Source of the DNA: an uncultured Chloroflexia bacterium
GTDB taxonomy: Bacteria; Chloroflexota; Limnocylindria; Limnocylindrales; CSP1-4
Assembly (NCBI GenBank): GCA_963813335.1
Contig: CAWEYL010000003.1
Location: forward strand, 32,001 to 96,000
DNA length: 64,000 nt
Reading direction: 5' to 3'
This document shows, one piece after another, positions 32,095 to 42,926 of this stretch (within the stretch, counting starts at the first letter, position 1; every line of letters starts with the position of its first letter). Below the pieces are notes generated by a model. It was not told the DNA's origin. It searched no databases and saw only the letters and a program-made list of their open reading frames with translations. The translations under genes were made by a program, and so were the position numbers.

Positions 32095-34051
32095 CTAGAC
32101 CTCCTCACGGGCCGGCGGGTCGTCGCGCGACCACGGCGTGACGGTGGCGCCGATGGCTCGCCGGCCCGGGTCCAGCAGGTCCCGCAGGCGATCCCCGAGG
32201 CCGCGATCGACCTTTTCGGGGAGCTCCGGCACGTCGGCCTCAGTGTAGGCGCCGAGCGACCGATAGCGTCGGTAGCGTGCGTCGAGCAGCTCGTCGATGG
32301 TGAGCGCCTCGAGCGCCTCGAGCCGGTCGAGGATGATCGCGCGCAGGCGCTTGGCGGTCTCGGCCGGGTCGGTGTGGGCGCCCTCCCCCGGCTCCGCGAC
32401 GACGAGGTCGAGGACGCCGAGGTCGTGTTGGTCGGCGGCGGTCATGCGCATCGCGGCGGCCGCCGTGTGCGCTTCGTCCTGGGTCCGCCACAGGATCGAC
32501 GCGCAGCCTTCCGGGCTGATGACCGAGTAGACCGCGTTCTCGAGGGCGATGACGACGTCGCCCACGGCGATCGCCAGCGCGCCGCCGGAGCCGCCCTCGC
32601 CGGTGATGACCGTGACGATCGGGGTCCGCAGCCGGGTCATCAGCGCGACCGACCGGGCGATCGCCTCGGCGATGCCGCGCTCCTCGGATTCGGGGCCGGG
32701 GTGGGCGCCCGGGACGTCGACGAAGGTGATGACCGGCAGGCCGAAGCGCTCCGCCAGTTCCATGACGCGCATGGCCTTGCGGTAGCCCTCCGGGTGCGGC
32801 ATCCCGAAGTTGCGCCGGATGTTCTCGTCGGTGTCGGTGCCCTTCTGCTGGCCGATGACCGCGACCGACCGGCCATCGAGCCGGGCGATCCCGGCGACCA
32901 TCGCCTCGTCGTCGCCGAACAGGCGATCCCCGTGCAGCTCGACGAACCCGTCGGTCATCGCCTCCACGAACTCGAGCGTCCGCGGCCGGCGCAGGTTGCG
33001 GGCGAGCTGGACCCGCGCCCAGGCGTCGTCGGCGCTGTGGCTGCTCCCGTTCGTCGGCGTGCCGTTGGTCGGCGCGCCGTTGCCCCCGACGAGGATGGCG
33101 GGATCGGTCGGGGCGTCGCCGGCCGCGAACTCGCCGACCCGGTCGGCCAGCGTCGAGAGGAACGAGAGCGGCCGGAAGCCGGGCAGGTCCGAGCTGGCGG
33201 GGACCGCCGCGGACGCCCCGTTCCGGACGGGCAGGAGGCGCAGGATCGCCGCCAGCTCGTCGCGCAACGCGGGGCGGGGCACGACGCGGTCGATGAAGCC
33301 GTGGCGGTACAGGAACTCCGCGCGCTGGAACCCCTCGGGCAGCTCCTGGGCGATGGTCCCGGCCTGCACCCGGGCGCCGGCGAAGCCGATCAGGGCGTTC
33401 GGCTCGGCCACGTTGACGTCGCCGACCGCGGCGAACGAGGCGAACACGCCGCCGGTCGTCGGGTCCGACAGGACCGACACGAACGGGACGCCGGCCGGGT
33501 GCAGCCGCTCGATGGCTGCCAGGGTCTTGGCGAGCTGCATCAGCGCAAGCGTGCCCTCCTGCATCCGGGCCCCACCCGACGCGCTCACGATCAGGAGCGG
33601 GATCCGCGCCTCGAGGGCGTGCTCCGCGGCCCGCGTGACCTTCTCGCCCACGACCGCCCCCATGGAGCCGCCCATGAACCCGAAGTCCATGACGCAGATC
33701 GCGACGGGGATCTCGGCGATGGCGCCGGTGCCCCACAGGGCGGCGTCGCGCATGCCGGTCGAGGCCTGTGCGGCCGCGAGCCGGTCGACATAGCTCTTGC
33801 GGTCCACGAAGCGCAGCGCGTCGACGGACTGCAGGCCGGCGTCGTGCTCGACCCAGCGTCTCGTGGTCGAGGAGCTGCTCGAGCCGGGTGGCGGCGGAGA
33901 GCCGGAAATGGTGGCCGCAGGTCGGGCAGACCCGCATCGCCTTGTCGAGCTGCTTGTTGAACAGCATCGTTTCGCACGACGGGCACTTCGTCCACAGGTC
34001 GGGCGGGTAGGCGTCGCGCCGGGCGCGGAACGACGGCAGCTTGATCGGCAT
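32095..34051 (-). CDS. accD/accA: Fused acetyl-CoA carboxyltransferase beta-alpha (AccD-AccA); apparent frameshift at ~33857
   Basis: LWTKCPSC...CPTC zinc finger, FMGGSMG and GGARMQEG (AccD), continuing in frame into NFGMPHPEGYRKA, GEGGSGGALA, YSVISPEGCASILW (AccA). Confidence 0.93.
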
Positions 34052-34566
34052 CAGTCCAGCCGCCCCCGGGCGACCGCGCGGACGGCCCGGGCCATCGGGG
34101 TCGCGGCGGGCCGGCGCAACCGCCAGGCGACCCACGCCGCGCCGGCGAGCGACAGCGCCGCGGAGGTGAGGGCGCCGCCGATGATGAGCGGGCGCAGGTC
34201 CGCCTCGGGGTCGTCGTCGAGCGGGAGGCCGTCCACGTAGGCCGCGAGCGCCGCGGCGTCGGCGTCGGCCGCCGGCAGGCGCATCGACACGACCGACCCC
34301 TCGCCACCGGCCGCGACCGGCAGGCGTCGAGCGAGGGCGGCCGCCGACAGCCGGGCGGCGAGCGCCTCCTCGAAGCGGAACGACGGATGCAGCCGCGGCA
34401 GGTCCCGGGCGAGCCGGTCGGCCACGGCGCGGACGCGCGGGTCGAGCTCCGCGGGGGCAGGCGCCAGGTCGGCCCCGGTCCCGTGGGCCGTGAGCAGCGA
34501 TTCGAGGTAGCGGTCCGCGATGAGCGCCTCGATCTCCGTCGCGTCGCGGCCGCCGGGCAGGGTCAC
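34051..34566 (-). CDS. Hypothetical protein with one C-terminal TM helix, putative anti-sigma factor
   Basis: GTG overlaps the sigma stop; PSFRFEEALAARL motif; hydrophobic C-terminus; stop overlaps the accD ATG. Confidence 0.65.
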   Translation of the reverse strand: MTLPGGRDATEIEALIADRYLESLLTAHGTGADLAPAPAELDPRVRAVADRLARDLPRLHPSFRFEEALAARLSAAALARRLPVAAGGEGSVVSMRLPAADADAAALAAYVDGLPLDDDPEADLRPLIIGGALTSAALSLAGAAWVAWRLRRPAATPMARAVRAVARGRLD

Positions 34567-35193
34567 CCGCGGTCCTCGCCCAGGTCGCGGGCCACGTTGC
34601 GCAGTGCCCGGTGGATGAGCACCCGGACCGATCCCTCGGAGCGGCCCATGATCCCGGCGATCTCGGCGGTGGACATCTCGTCGACGAAGCGCAGCACGAC
34701 CGCGCGGCGGCGGTCGCCGCTCAGGCGGCTGATCGGCGCGGAGGGCGGCCCGGCCCTCGTCGCGGCGGGCGGCATCGGCCTCGAGGTCGAGCGGCGCGGC
34801 GAGGTCGGCGACCGTGTCGAGGGTCGTCTCGGGGCGACGACGGCGCCGGCGGCGGCGCTCGGCGACCACGTTGCGGGCGATGTGGAACAGCCAGACCTTG
34901 AAGGTCGAGGCGCCCTCCCCGTCGGCCGGCCGGGCGCGCTCCTCGAAGCGCGGCAGGTTGGCGAGCGCCGCCAGGAACGTCCGTTCCGTGGCGTCCTCGG
35001 CCTCGTGCCGATCCCCGAGCTCGTAGAACGCGTAGTTGTACACCTGGGCGAGGTACTTCCGGTAGAGGGCGTCGAAGCGCGCCGGGTCGGCCTGCGCCGC
35101 GTCCACGAGCGGGCGATCCCGATCGAGGTGGACGAGGCGCGGACCACCGGTCTCCTCCGACCGGTCCACCTTCCTGAATGCCGGACGCGCCAT
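34563..35193 (-). CDS. ECF sigma-70 factor; apparent frameshift at ~34735
   Basis: Region 2 FDALYRKY...AEDATERTF...FKVWLFHIARN; region 4 AVVLRF...AEIAGIMGRSEGSVRVLIHRAL. Confidence 0.9.
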
Positions 35194-35197
35194 CGCG

Positions 35198-36005
35198 TTA
35201 CACCCCGACCGTCGGCGCGAGGCGCGCGTGGCGGATCTCCCCGACCAGGACAGGGCGCGATCCGTCGGCCGTGGCGGCGTCCTCGACCAGCAGCGCGCCC
35301 GTGCCGGACTCGACGCCGAGCGCCCGGACGAGCTCGCTCGTGCCGTCGGGGCGGACCAGCTCCACGATCCGGCCGGTCGTCGACTGGCGGTCCGCCCAGC
35401 CCGCCTTGTCGAAGCGGTCGGCGCGGAGCGCCTCGACGCGCGCCTCGAGTCGGACGACGAAGGCGTCGGCCAGCGTCTCGCGGTCGACCGGCCGGCCGCC
35501 CGTGGTCTCGCGCAGCGACGTCATCGAATCGGCGAGCGCGGGCGGGAAGGTCGCGGCGGGCCAGTCGGCGTTGATCCCGAGCCCGACCACGGCCCGCGGC
35601 TCGTCCGTGCCGAGCCCGTCGGTCTCGCCGAGGACGCCGGCCAACTTGCGGACGCGCCCCTCGGTGTCCTCCACGACGAGGTCGTTCGGCCACTTCAGGC
35701 GGATCGTGCCATCGGGCAACCCCGCGACGGCTTCCGCGGCATCGGCCATCGCAAGTGAGGCTGTCGCGGCCAGCCGCCAGACCTGGTCCGGGGGCAGCCA
35801 GTCGGGCCGGAACCCGAGCGAGAGCAGCAGTGCGGCGCCGGGCGGCGCGACCCAGGTCCGGCCCTCGCGGCCGCGGCCGGCGGACTGCGAATCCGCGATC
35901 GCCAGGCAGACCTCGGGCGTGCCGTCGGCCAGCCAGCGCGCGCACGACGTCGTTGGTCGAGGCGACCTCGGCGAACCGCTTGGAGCGGGCCAGGAACGCC
36001 GTCAT
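35198..36005 (-). CDS. birA: Biotin--protein ligase without HTH; apparent frameshift at ~35937
   Basis: VASTND, QSAGRGR, LKWPNDL, KLAGVLGE, GLGIN motifs. Confidence 0.92.
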
Positions 36006-36018
36006 GCGCGGTCGTCCA

Positions 36019-37274
36019 TCAGCCCGCGGCGGCGACATCGACCGGCTCGGGTCGCTCGAGCTCGAAGGCGTCGTGCAGCGCCCGCAGCGCGGTCTCGAGC
36101 TCGGCCTCGGCCACGATGCAGGTGATCCGCACCTCCGAGGTCGAGATCATCTCGATGTTGACGCCCGCGTCGGCGAGCGTCCCGAACATCCGGGCGGCAT
36201 AGCCCGGCGCGTTGTGGAGCCCGGCGCCGACGATCGAGACCTTGCCGACGGATGCATCGGTGGTGAGCTCGCGGGCCCCCATCTCGCGGACGAGCGGCTC
36301 GAGGACCTTCTTCGCCCGGGCCAGCTCGACGCGCGGGACGGTGAAGGACATGTCTGTCGCGCCGCCGTGGCCGACGTTCTGGACGATCATGTCGACGTTC
36401 ACGCCGGCCTCGGCCAGCGGCTCGAAGATCGACCGCGCGACGCCCGGCCGGTCCGGGACGTCGACGATGGTGACCTTGGCGACGTTCCGGTCGTGGGCGA
36501 GCCCGCGAACCTTGTTGCGCTGCTCCACGAGCGGGTCCTCCCTGATGCGCGTGCCGGGGGCGTCCTCGAACGAGCTGAGGACCTCGATGACGACGTCGTT
36601 GACCCAGCCCAGCTCCACGGCGCGGACCTGCATGACCTGGGCGCCCTGGTGGGCGAGCTCGAGCATCTCCTCGTAGCCGATGACCGGCAGCTGGCGGGCC
36701 TTCGGCACGAGGCGGGGATCGGCGGTGTAGATGCCGTGGACGTCGGTGAAGATCTGGCAGCGCTCGGCGCGCAGGGCGGCGGCGAGGGCCACCGCGGTCG
36801 TGTCGCTGCCGCCGCGGCCGAGGGTCGTGATCTCGTCGGCGGCAGCTGCTCTGGCCCTGGAACCCGGCCACGATCACGACCTTGCCGGCCTCCAGCTCCT
36901 CGCGGACGCGGCGCGGCTCGATGCCCGCGATCCGTGCCCGGCCGTAGCGGCCGTCGGTGGTGATGCCGGCCTGCGGCCCGGTCAGGCTGATGGCCGGGAG
37001 TCCCGAGCCCGTGGAGCGCCATCGACAGCAGCGTCGCCGCCTGGTGCTCGCCGGTCGCGAGCAGCACGTCGAGCTCGCGCGGGTCGGGGTCGTCGGTGAT
37101 GGCTGCGGCCAGGCCGAGCAGCTCGTCGGTCGCGTCGCCCATCGCCGAGACCACGACGACGAGGTCGTTGCCGGCCGCGCGCTCGCGCGCGATCCGGCGC
37201 GCCACCCGCTTGATGCGGTCGGCGTCGGCCACGGAGGAGCCGCCGTACTTCTGGACGACGAGGGGGGCAGGCAT
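36019..37274 (-). CDS. lysC: Aspartate kinase with ACT domains; apparent frameshifts at ~37000 and ~36845
   Basis: [46 protein letters not shown], two ACT domains. Confidence 0.93.
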
Positions 37275-37372
37275 CGCGGGGCATTCTACCGCCCGGGTCG
37301 CCGTGCTCCCGCCATTCGGCCGGCCGCGGGCTACGATGGCCCGGCCCGTCCCCGCTCAGAGGTGTCCCCGCG

Positions 37373-38141
37373 ATGTGCTTCGACCTCGACAGCCACCCGC
37401 CCATCGCGCCGATCGCCGGCGGGGCGCTCGACCAGGCCTCGCTCGTCCTGACCGGCGCCGACGGCAACCGGCTGCTCGCGTTCCGTGCCCGCGCGTCCGA
37501 GCCGAGCGGGGCCGGGATCGTGATCCTGCCGGATGTCCGCGGCCTGCACCCGTACTACGAGGAGCTCGCCCTGCGCTTCGCGGAGGCGGGCATCGACGCG
37601 CTCGCGATCGACTACTTCGGGCGGACCGCCGGCCTCGACACGCCCCGCGACGACCGGTTCGAGTACCGGGCGCATGTCGACCAGACGACCTGGGCCGGGC
37701 TCGCCAGCGACGTCCGGGCGGGCGTGGCCGAGGTCCGGAACGATGCGACCCGCGTCACGACGCTGTTCATCGTCGGGTTCTGCTTCGGTGGGCGCCTGGC
37801 GTTCGACGCGGCCACGCTCGGGTCTCGACGCGACCGGCACGATCGGCTTCTACGGACGGACGCTCGGCGAGCATCCGAGCGGCATGCCCGTCCCGGTCGA
37901 TGTCGCGGCGTCGATGCGGGGCGACATCCTCGGGCTCTTCGGCGGTGCGGACGAGGCGATCCCGCCCGAGGCCGTCGCCGCCTTCGACACCGCGCTCACC
38001 GACGCCGGCGTCGCCCACCGGCTGGTCACCTACGACGGCGCCCCGCACAGCTTCTTCGACCGCAAGGCGGCCGACTTCGCCGACGCGAGCACGGCGGCCT
38101 GGGCCGAGGTCCTCGGGTTCATCCGGTCGCGGACCGGCTAG
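37373..38141 (+). CDS. Dienelactone hydrolase family protein; apparent frameshift at ~37821
   Basis: PDVRGL, GFCFGG nucleophile motif, FGGAD, YDGAPHSFF. Confidence 0.88.
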
Positions 38142-39304
38142 ATCCCGCCGCCCGTGACCTGGCGGCGGAACCGGAACGTCGCGACCGCCAGCAGGCCGAC
38201 CGCGAACGCCACCAGCGCGCCGAGCTGCGGCAGGATCGTCACGACGTCGCCGCCGTCGACCAGCAGCGTGTGGAAGGCGTCGAGCGCCCAGGCGTGCGGC
38301 GTCAGGTGGGCGAGCGTCTGCATGACCGACGGGAAGACCTCGATCGGGACCATCGCGCCCCCGAGCAGGGCCAGGGTCATCCCGAGCGCCGGACCCAGCG
38401 CGCTCAGCTGGTGCTCGTTCGAGACGAGCGTGGCCAGCAGCATCGCGGCACCGGACGCGACCAGCGCGAACAGCACGATGATGGCGCCCGTCGCGAGAGG
38501 GTCGAGCCAGCTCACGCCGAACAGGAATGCCGAGGCGAGGACGATGAACCCGCCCTGGAACATGGCGAAGGCGAACCGGCCGAGCGTCTCGCCGAGGACG
38601 ATCGTCCCGGCGCTGGTCGGCGTCGAGTATTCGCGGCGCGAGATCCCGTACAGCCGGGTGGTGATGAGCGCGACCGCGCCGGTCATCGAGGTCAGGAACA
38701 TGAACAGGATGACCTGGCTCTCGGCACCGACCGCATACCCGTTCGGGTTGGCGCTGACCTCGCCGACGGATCGCAGCGACACCGCGACGCGCGCCATCGT
38801 CGCATCCTGCGCCCGGGCCGCGGCGAGCGCCTGGTCGAAGCTGACGCCGTTCGCGGCCGAGGCGGACCGGGCCGCCGTGACGAGGGCCGCCTGATCGGCG
38901 ATCGCCGCGTCGATCGCGGTCTTGATGGCGGTCGCGTAGCTCCTCGGCTGGGTCACGTACTCGAGCGCGCCCGTGCCGCCACCACGGAGCGCCGCGTCGT
39001 AGCCGGGCGCGATGACGATGCCGAGCTCGACGAAGCCACGTTCGACGGCGTCGCGCAGGTCGTCGGCCGTCGCGAACCGGCGCACGTCGAGCTTCAGGTC
39101 GGTCATCGTCATGGACGTGGTGAGGTCGGCGGCGAGCGGGCCGCCGTCGAGGTCGGCGACGCCCATCCGCGCGGTGCTCATGCCGCCATAGGTCATCCCG
39201 AGCACGATGATCAGGATCATCGGCAGGACGAGGATGAAGAACAGGCTCATCCGGTCGCGGAAGGTCCGGACCATGTTGACCCGGGCGATGGCGAGGGCTT
39301 TCAT
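38138..39304 (-). CDS. ABC-2 exporter permease
   Basis: RDRMSLFFILVLP TM1, extracellular loop, LGGAMVP, LTPHAWA. Confidence 0.9.
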   Translation of the reverse strand: MKALAIARVNMVRTFRDRMSLFFILVLPMILIIVLGMTYGGMSTARMGVADLDGGPLAADLTTSMTMTDLKLDVRRFATADDLRDAVERGFVELGIVIAPGYDAALRGGGTGALEYVTQPRSYATAIKTAIDAAIADQAALVTAARSASAANGVSFDQALAAARAQDATMARVAVSLRSVGEVSANPNGYAVGAESQVILFMFLTSMTGAVALITTRLYGISRREYSTPTSAGTIVLGETLGRFAFAMFQGGFIVLASAFLFGVSWLDPLATGAIIVLFALVASGAAMLLATLVSNEHQLSALGPALGMTLALLGGAMVPIEVFPSVMQTLAHLTPHAWALDAFHTLLVDGGDVVTILPQLGALVAFAVGLLAVATFRFRRQVTGGGI

Positions 39305-40482
39305 GCCGGCACCAGCGCCCGCCGCGCACGCGCCAGGCCGACCGCGCCGGTCACGACGCCCATGACGACCAGCACGACCACCGACGGCAGGATCTCGGCG
39401 AGACCGACGTCGGCGACGGACATCGTGTCGATGGCGCGCAGGAACCACGCGTGCGGCGTGATGAGGGCGATCCGGCCGAGGAGCTCCGGCGCCTGGCTCA
39501 GGGGGATGAACACGCCGCCGATGGCGGCCAGGCTCAACGCCACGATGGCGTTGAGGCCACCGGCCTGCTCGGCCGTCTTGGCCAGGGTCGAGACCAGCGT
39601 CGAGACGCCGGTCGCGGCGACGACCGCCGCGAAGAGCAGGGCGGCCAGCAGCACCGGCGGTCCCCAGCTGGCGTGGACGAGGACCGTCGTGGCGACGACC
39701 ATCGTCGTCATCGCGACGAGGCCGAGGACCATCCCCGCGAGCGCGCCGCCGAGGACGATCGCCGCCGGTGCGACCGGGGCGGCGAGGAGCCGGTTCAGCG
39801 TTCCGTCGCGCCGGTCCGCCAGCAGTGCCAGCGCGCCGTACTGGGTCGCGAAGAAGACGAACATGATGGCCATGGCGGCGCCATAGAACGTGGCCATCGA
39901 GGCCTGGCGCTTGTCGGCGGCGGCCTGCGTGACGGCGATCGGCGGCTGGCCGTGCACGGCAGCCGTGGCCGCGTCCACCGTCGCCTGGTCGACCTGGCCG
40001 CCGGTCGCCGCGATGGTCCGGACCGCGAGTCCGACGGCGCCGACATCGGCCGCGAACCCGGTCACGACCGCGCGCGCCACCTCGCGGGCGGTCGGGTCGC
40101 TGCCGGCCAGGATCGTGATCCCGGTCGCGTCACCGCGGCTGACCGCATCGCTGAAGCCCGGCGGGACGACGATGGCGGCGCCGGCCCGATCGGCGTCGAT
40201 CTCGGCCGTGGCGGCGGCCTCGTCCGCGGCCATCGAGATCGTGGCGATGCCCGAATCGGCGACGCGCCCGAGGACCTCGGTGCGAAGGACCTGGGCCAGG
40301 CTGCCACCGTCCTGGTCCACGACGACGATCGTCGTGTGGAAGGTCGGGCTGAAGTCGGGGATGATCGCCGCGAAGGCGACCGAGAGGCCGAGCGGGGTCA
40401 GGACGGCGAAGAGGATCGCCGACCGGTCGCGCAGCCGCTGGCGCAGGATGCGCCGGGCGATGACGAGGGCGGAGCGCAGCAC
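39301..40482 (-). CDS. ABC-2 exporter permease
   Basis: RDRSAILFAVLTP, DRRDGTLNRLLAAP, IGGVFIP, ITPHAW. Confidence 0.9.
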   Translation of the reverse strand: MLRSALVIARRILRQRLRDRSAILFAVLTPLGLSVAFAAIIPDFSPTFHTTIVVVDQDGGSLAQVLRTEVLGRVADSGIATISMAADEAAATAEIDADRAGAAIVVPPGFSDAVSRGDATGITILAGSDPTAREVARAVVTGFAADVGAVGLAVRTIAATGGQVDQATVDAATAAVHGQPPIAVTQAAADKRQASMATFYGAAMAIMFVFFATQYGALALLADRRDGTLNRLLAAPVAPAAIVLGGALAGMVLGLVAMTTMVVATTVLVHASWGPPVLLAALLFAAVVAATGVSTLVSTLAKTAEQAGGLNAIVALSLAAIGGVFIPLSQAPELLGRIALITPHAWFLRAIDTMSVADVGLAEILPSVVVLVVMGVVTGAVGLARARRALVPA

Positions 40483-40492
40483 GGCCCGCGTC

Positions 40493-41527
40493 CTAGTCCC
40501 GCAGGGCCTTGCCGGTGAGGTGCAGGAAGACGCTCTCGAGGTCGGGTTCGACGACCTCGACCGAGCGGACGGTCACCCCATCGTTCGAGACCGCCTCGAG
40601 GATCCGGGGAAGGAGCCGGCGGGCCTCCTCGACGAGGACGTCGACCCGTCCGTCGGCGGTCGTCACCTCGCGCACACCGGACAGGGCGCGCAGGACGGTC
40701 GCGGCCGCGCCGAGGTCACCGGTCGCGACCAGCGTCACCCGGTCCAGGCCGCCGACCATCGCCACGAGCTGGCGGCGCGTCCCTTCAGCGATGATCCGGC
40801 CCTCGTCGACGATGCCGACCCGATCGCACAGCCGCTCGGCCTCTTCCATGTAGTGGGTCGTGTAAAGGATCCCCATCCCGGCCGCGCTGAGCGCCTCGAC
40901 GCTGCCCAGGATCGCATTGCGGCTCTGAGGGTCCACGCCCACGGTCGGCTCGTCGAGGACGAGCAGGCTGGGACGGTGGAGGAGGCCGATGGCGATGTTG
41001 AGCCGGCGCTTCATCCCGCCCGAGTAGGTCCCGGTCCGCTCCTTCGCGCGGTCCGTGAGGTCGACCACGGCAAGGACGTCGTCGATGCGCGTCCTGCGGT
41101 CCTGGCCCTTGAGCCCGTACAGGCGCCCGAAGAAGTCGAGGTTCTCGCGCGCGGACAGGTCCGGGTAGATCGCCAGGTCCTGGGGCACATAGCCGATGTC
41201 GGCCTTGAGCGCGGTCGCGCCAGGGTCCATCGGCTGGCCGGCGATGCGGATGTCGCCGGCGTCCCGGCGGAGGATCCCGCAGATCATCGAGATCGTCGTG
41301 GTCTTGCCCGCCCCGTTCGGGCCGAGGAGCCCGTACGTCTCGCCGCGGGCGATGGTGAAGCCGACGCCGTCGACGGCCTGGCGATCGCCGAACCGCTTGC
41401 GCAGGCCAGAGCACTCGAGGACGAACGGACCCGCGGCCGGGACCGGAGCCGCTGCCGGACGGTCCGCCTCGAGCGGACGATCGGGGGGCGGTGACAGTGG
41501 CCCGGTGGGAGCGGGTGCGATCGCCAT
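40493..41527 (-). CDS. ABC exporter ATP-binding protein (DrrA-like)
   Basis: GPNGAGKTT, YSGGMKRR, LDEPTVGVDP, TTHYMEEAE; start uncertain. Confidence 0.93.
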   Translation of the reverse strand: MAIAPAPTGPLSPPPDRPLEADRPAAAPVPAAGPFVLECSGLRKRFGDRQAVDGVGFTIARGETYGLLGPNGAGKTTTISMICGILRRDAGDIRIAGQPMDPGATALKADIGYVPQDLAIYPDLSARENLDFFGRLYGLKGQDRRTRIDDVLAVVDLTDRAKERTGTYSGGMKRRLNIAIGLLHRPSLLVLDEPTVGVDPQSRNAILGSVEALSAAGMGILYTTHYMEEAERLCDRVGIVDEGRIIAEGTRRQLVAMVGGLDRVTLVATGDLGAAATVLRALSGVREVTTADGRVDVLVEEARRLLPRILEAVSNDGVTVRSVEVVEPDLESVFLHLTGKALRD

Positions 41528-41653
41528 GGCAGGGCGGCCTCGAACGCATGACTGGGGTCGAGATACGGTCGTTCGCAGCATCGGCCGGCGGAGGCGGTCG
41601 GTCGAGTGCCGTTCATCCCCTGTGGGATGGCGGAATGGACTGCCGACCGTCGC

Positions 41654-41944
41654 CTAGGGGGCCGTCTTCGCCCGTCGGCGCTGCCGTGCCCAGGCGAGGG
41701 TGACGAGACCGATGCCGACGAGCCAGATGACCGGGACGCCGAAGAACGCGAACGTGAGTCGGGCGATCGCCGGGTCATCGTTCGACGGGCACGGCACCGC
41801 CGGATAGTGGAAGAAGCAGGCCTGCTGGGCGTCGTACAGGCTCACGGCCGCCTGTACGGCAAGGACCACGGCGAGCACGAGCATGAGGAGGGTCCAGGCG
41901 ACGCCGACCCAGAGAAACCTGCGGCTGCGCTGGCGCTGTCGCAT
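41654..41944 (-). CDS. Small two-TM hypothetical protein
   Basis: MRQRQRSRR-TM-loop with two Cys-TM-basic tail, directly downstream of thrB. Confidence 0.55.
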   Translation of the reverse strand: MRQRQRSRRFLWVGVAWTLLMLVLAVVLAVQAAVSLYDAQQACFFHYPAVPCPSNDDPAIARLTFAFFGVPVIWLVGIGLVTLAWARQRRRAKTAP

Positions 41945-41958
41945 GTCGTACCCGGCCG

Positions 41959-42924
41959 TCAGCCCCCGGTGAGGACCCTGGCGCCCTGGGCCCGCGGCTC
42001 GACCACTTCGATGCGGCCAGGCAGGTCGGCGTCGGCGGCGGCGGCGGCGAAGGCCGCCTCGATCCGCGTGATGCCCGCCATCGAGTCGGCGAACGCGAGG
42101 ATCGTCGAGCCGGCGCCCGACAGGCAGGCGCCGATGGCTCCGGCCCCGCGGGCCGCGGCGACCAGGGCCGGGAGCTGCGGATAGACCTTGGCCCGGTACG
42201 GCTCGTGGAGCCGGTCGACGGTGAGCTCGCGCAGGACCTCGTAGCGCCCCGTCGCGAGCCCGGCCACGCCGAGCGCCACCGCCCCGATGTTGGCGACCGC
42301 ATCCGCTAGCGGCACGTTCTTGGGGAGGATCGAGCGCATCTCGCCGGTCGGCAGGCGCAGCTCCGGGATGAACAGCACCGCGCGCAGGTCGCGGGGCGGG
42401 TCGAAGCGGACCGCGTCGACCACGCCGTCGTTCCGGATGGCGGTGATCGTGAAGCCGCCGAGGAGCGCGGCGGCGGCATTGTCCGGATGGCCCTCGATGT
42501 CGGTCGCGAGGCGCAGGATCTCGGGCTGGCCGAGCGGGCCGCCGAGGAGCGCGTTGCCGGCGACGAGCCCGGCCACGGTGGCGGCCGCCGACGACCCGAG
42601 GCCGCGGGCCAGCGGGATCCGGTTGTGCATGACGATCCGCCAGCCGACCCCCGCGGGCAGCTCGCCGCGGGCCGCGGTCAGCGCCGCCTCGAGGCCGCGG
42701 ACGAAGCGGTTCTCGTGATCCTCGGGGAGCTCGTCGCGGCCCTCGCCCTCGACGGTCAGCTCGATCTGCCCGCGGCTCCAGCCGCGCACCTCCAGCTCGA
42801 CCCGGTTGGTCAGGGCCAGCGCGACGCCGAGGCAGTCGTAGCCTGCCCCGATGTTGGCCGAGGTGGCCGGCACCTCGACCGCGACCGTGCGGCCATCCAG
42901 TTCTGCGAGCCAGTGGGCGACCAT
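41959..42924 (-). CDS. thrB: Homoserine kinase
   Basis: VPATSANIGAGYD, PLARGLGSSAA, EGHPDNA, LSGAGST. Confidence 0.95.
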   Translation of the reverse strand: MVAHWLAELDGRTVAVEVPATSANIGAGYDCLGVALALTNRVELEVRGWSRGQIELTVEGEGRDELPEDHENRFVRGLEAALTAARGELPAGVGWRIVMHNRIPLARGLGSSAAATVAGLVAGNALLGGPLGQPEILRLATDIEGHPDNAAAALLGGFTITAIRNDGVVDAVRFDPPRDLRAVLFIPELRLPTGEMRSILPKNVPLADAVANIGAVALGVAGLATGRYEVLRELTVDRLHEPYRAKVYPQLPALVAAARGAGAIGACLSGAGSTILAFADSMAGITRIEAAFAAAAADADLPGRIEVVEPRAQGARVLTGG

Positions 42925-42926
42925 GG

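Noticed and set aside
30149-37274. accC, accD, birA, lysC and the sigma gene as pseudogenes or programmed frameshifts
   Set aside because: Motifs are intact, there are no in-frame stops or slippery-site/stem signals, and similar indels occur across the window, so sequencing error is the simplest explanation
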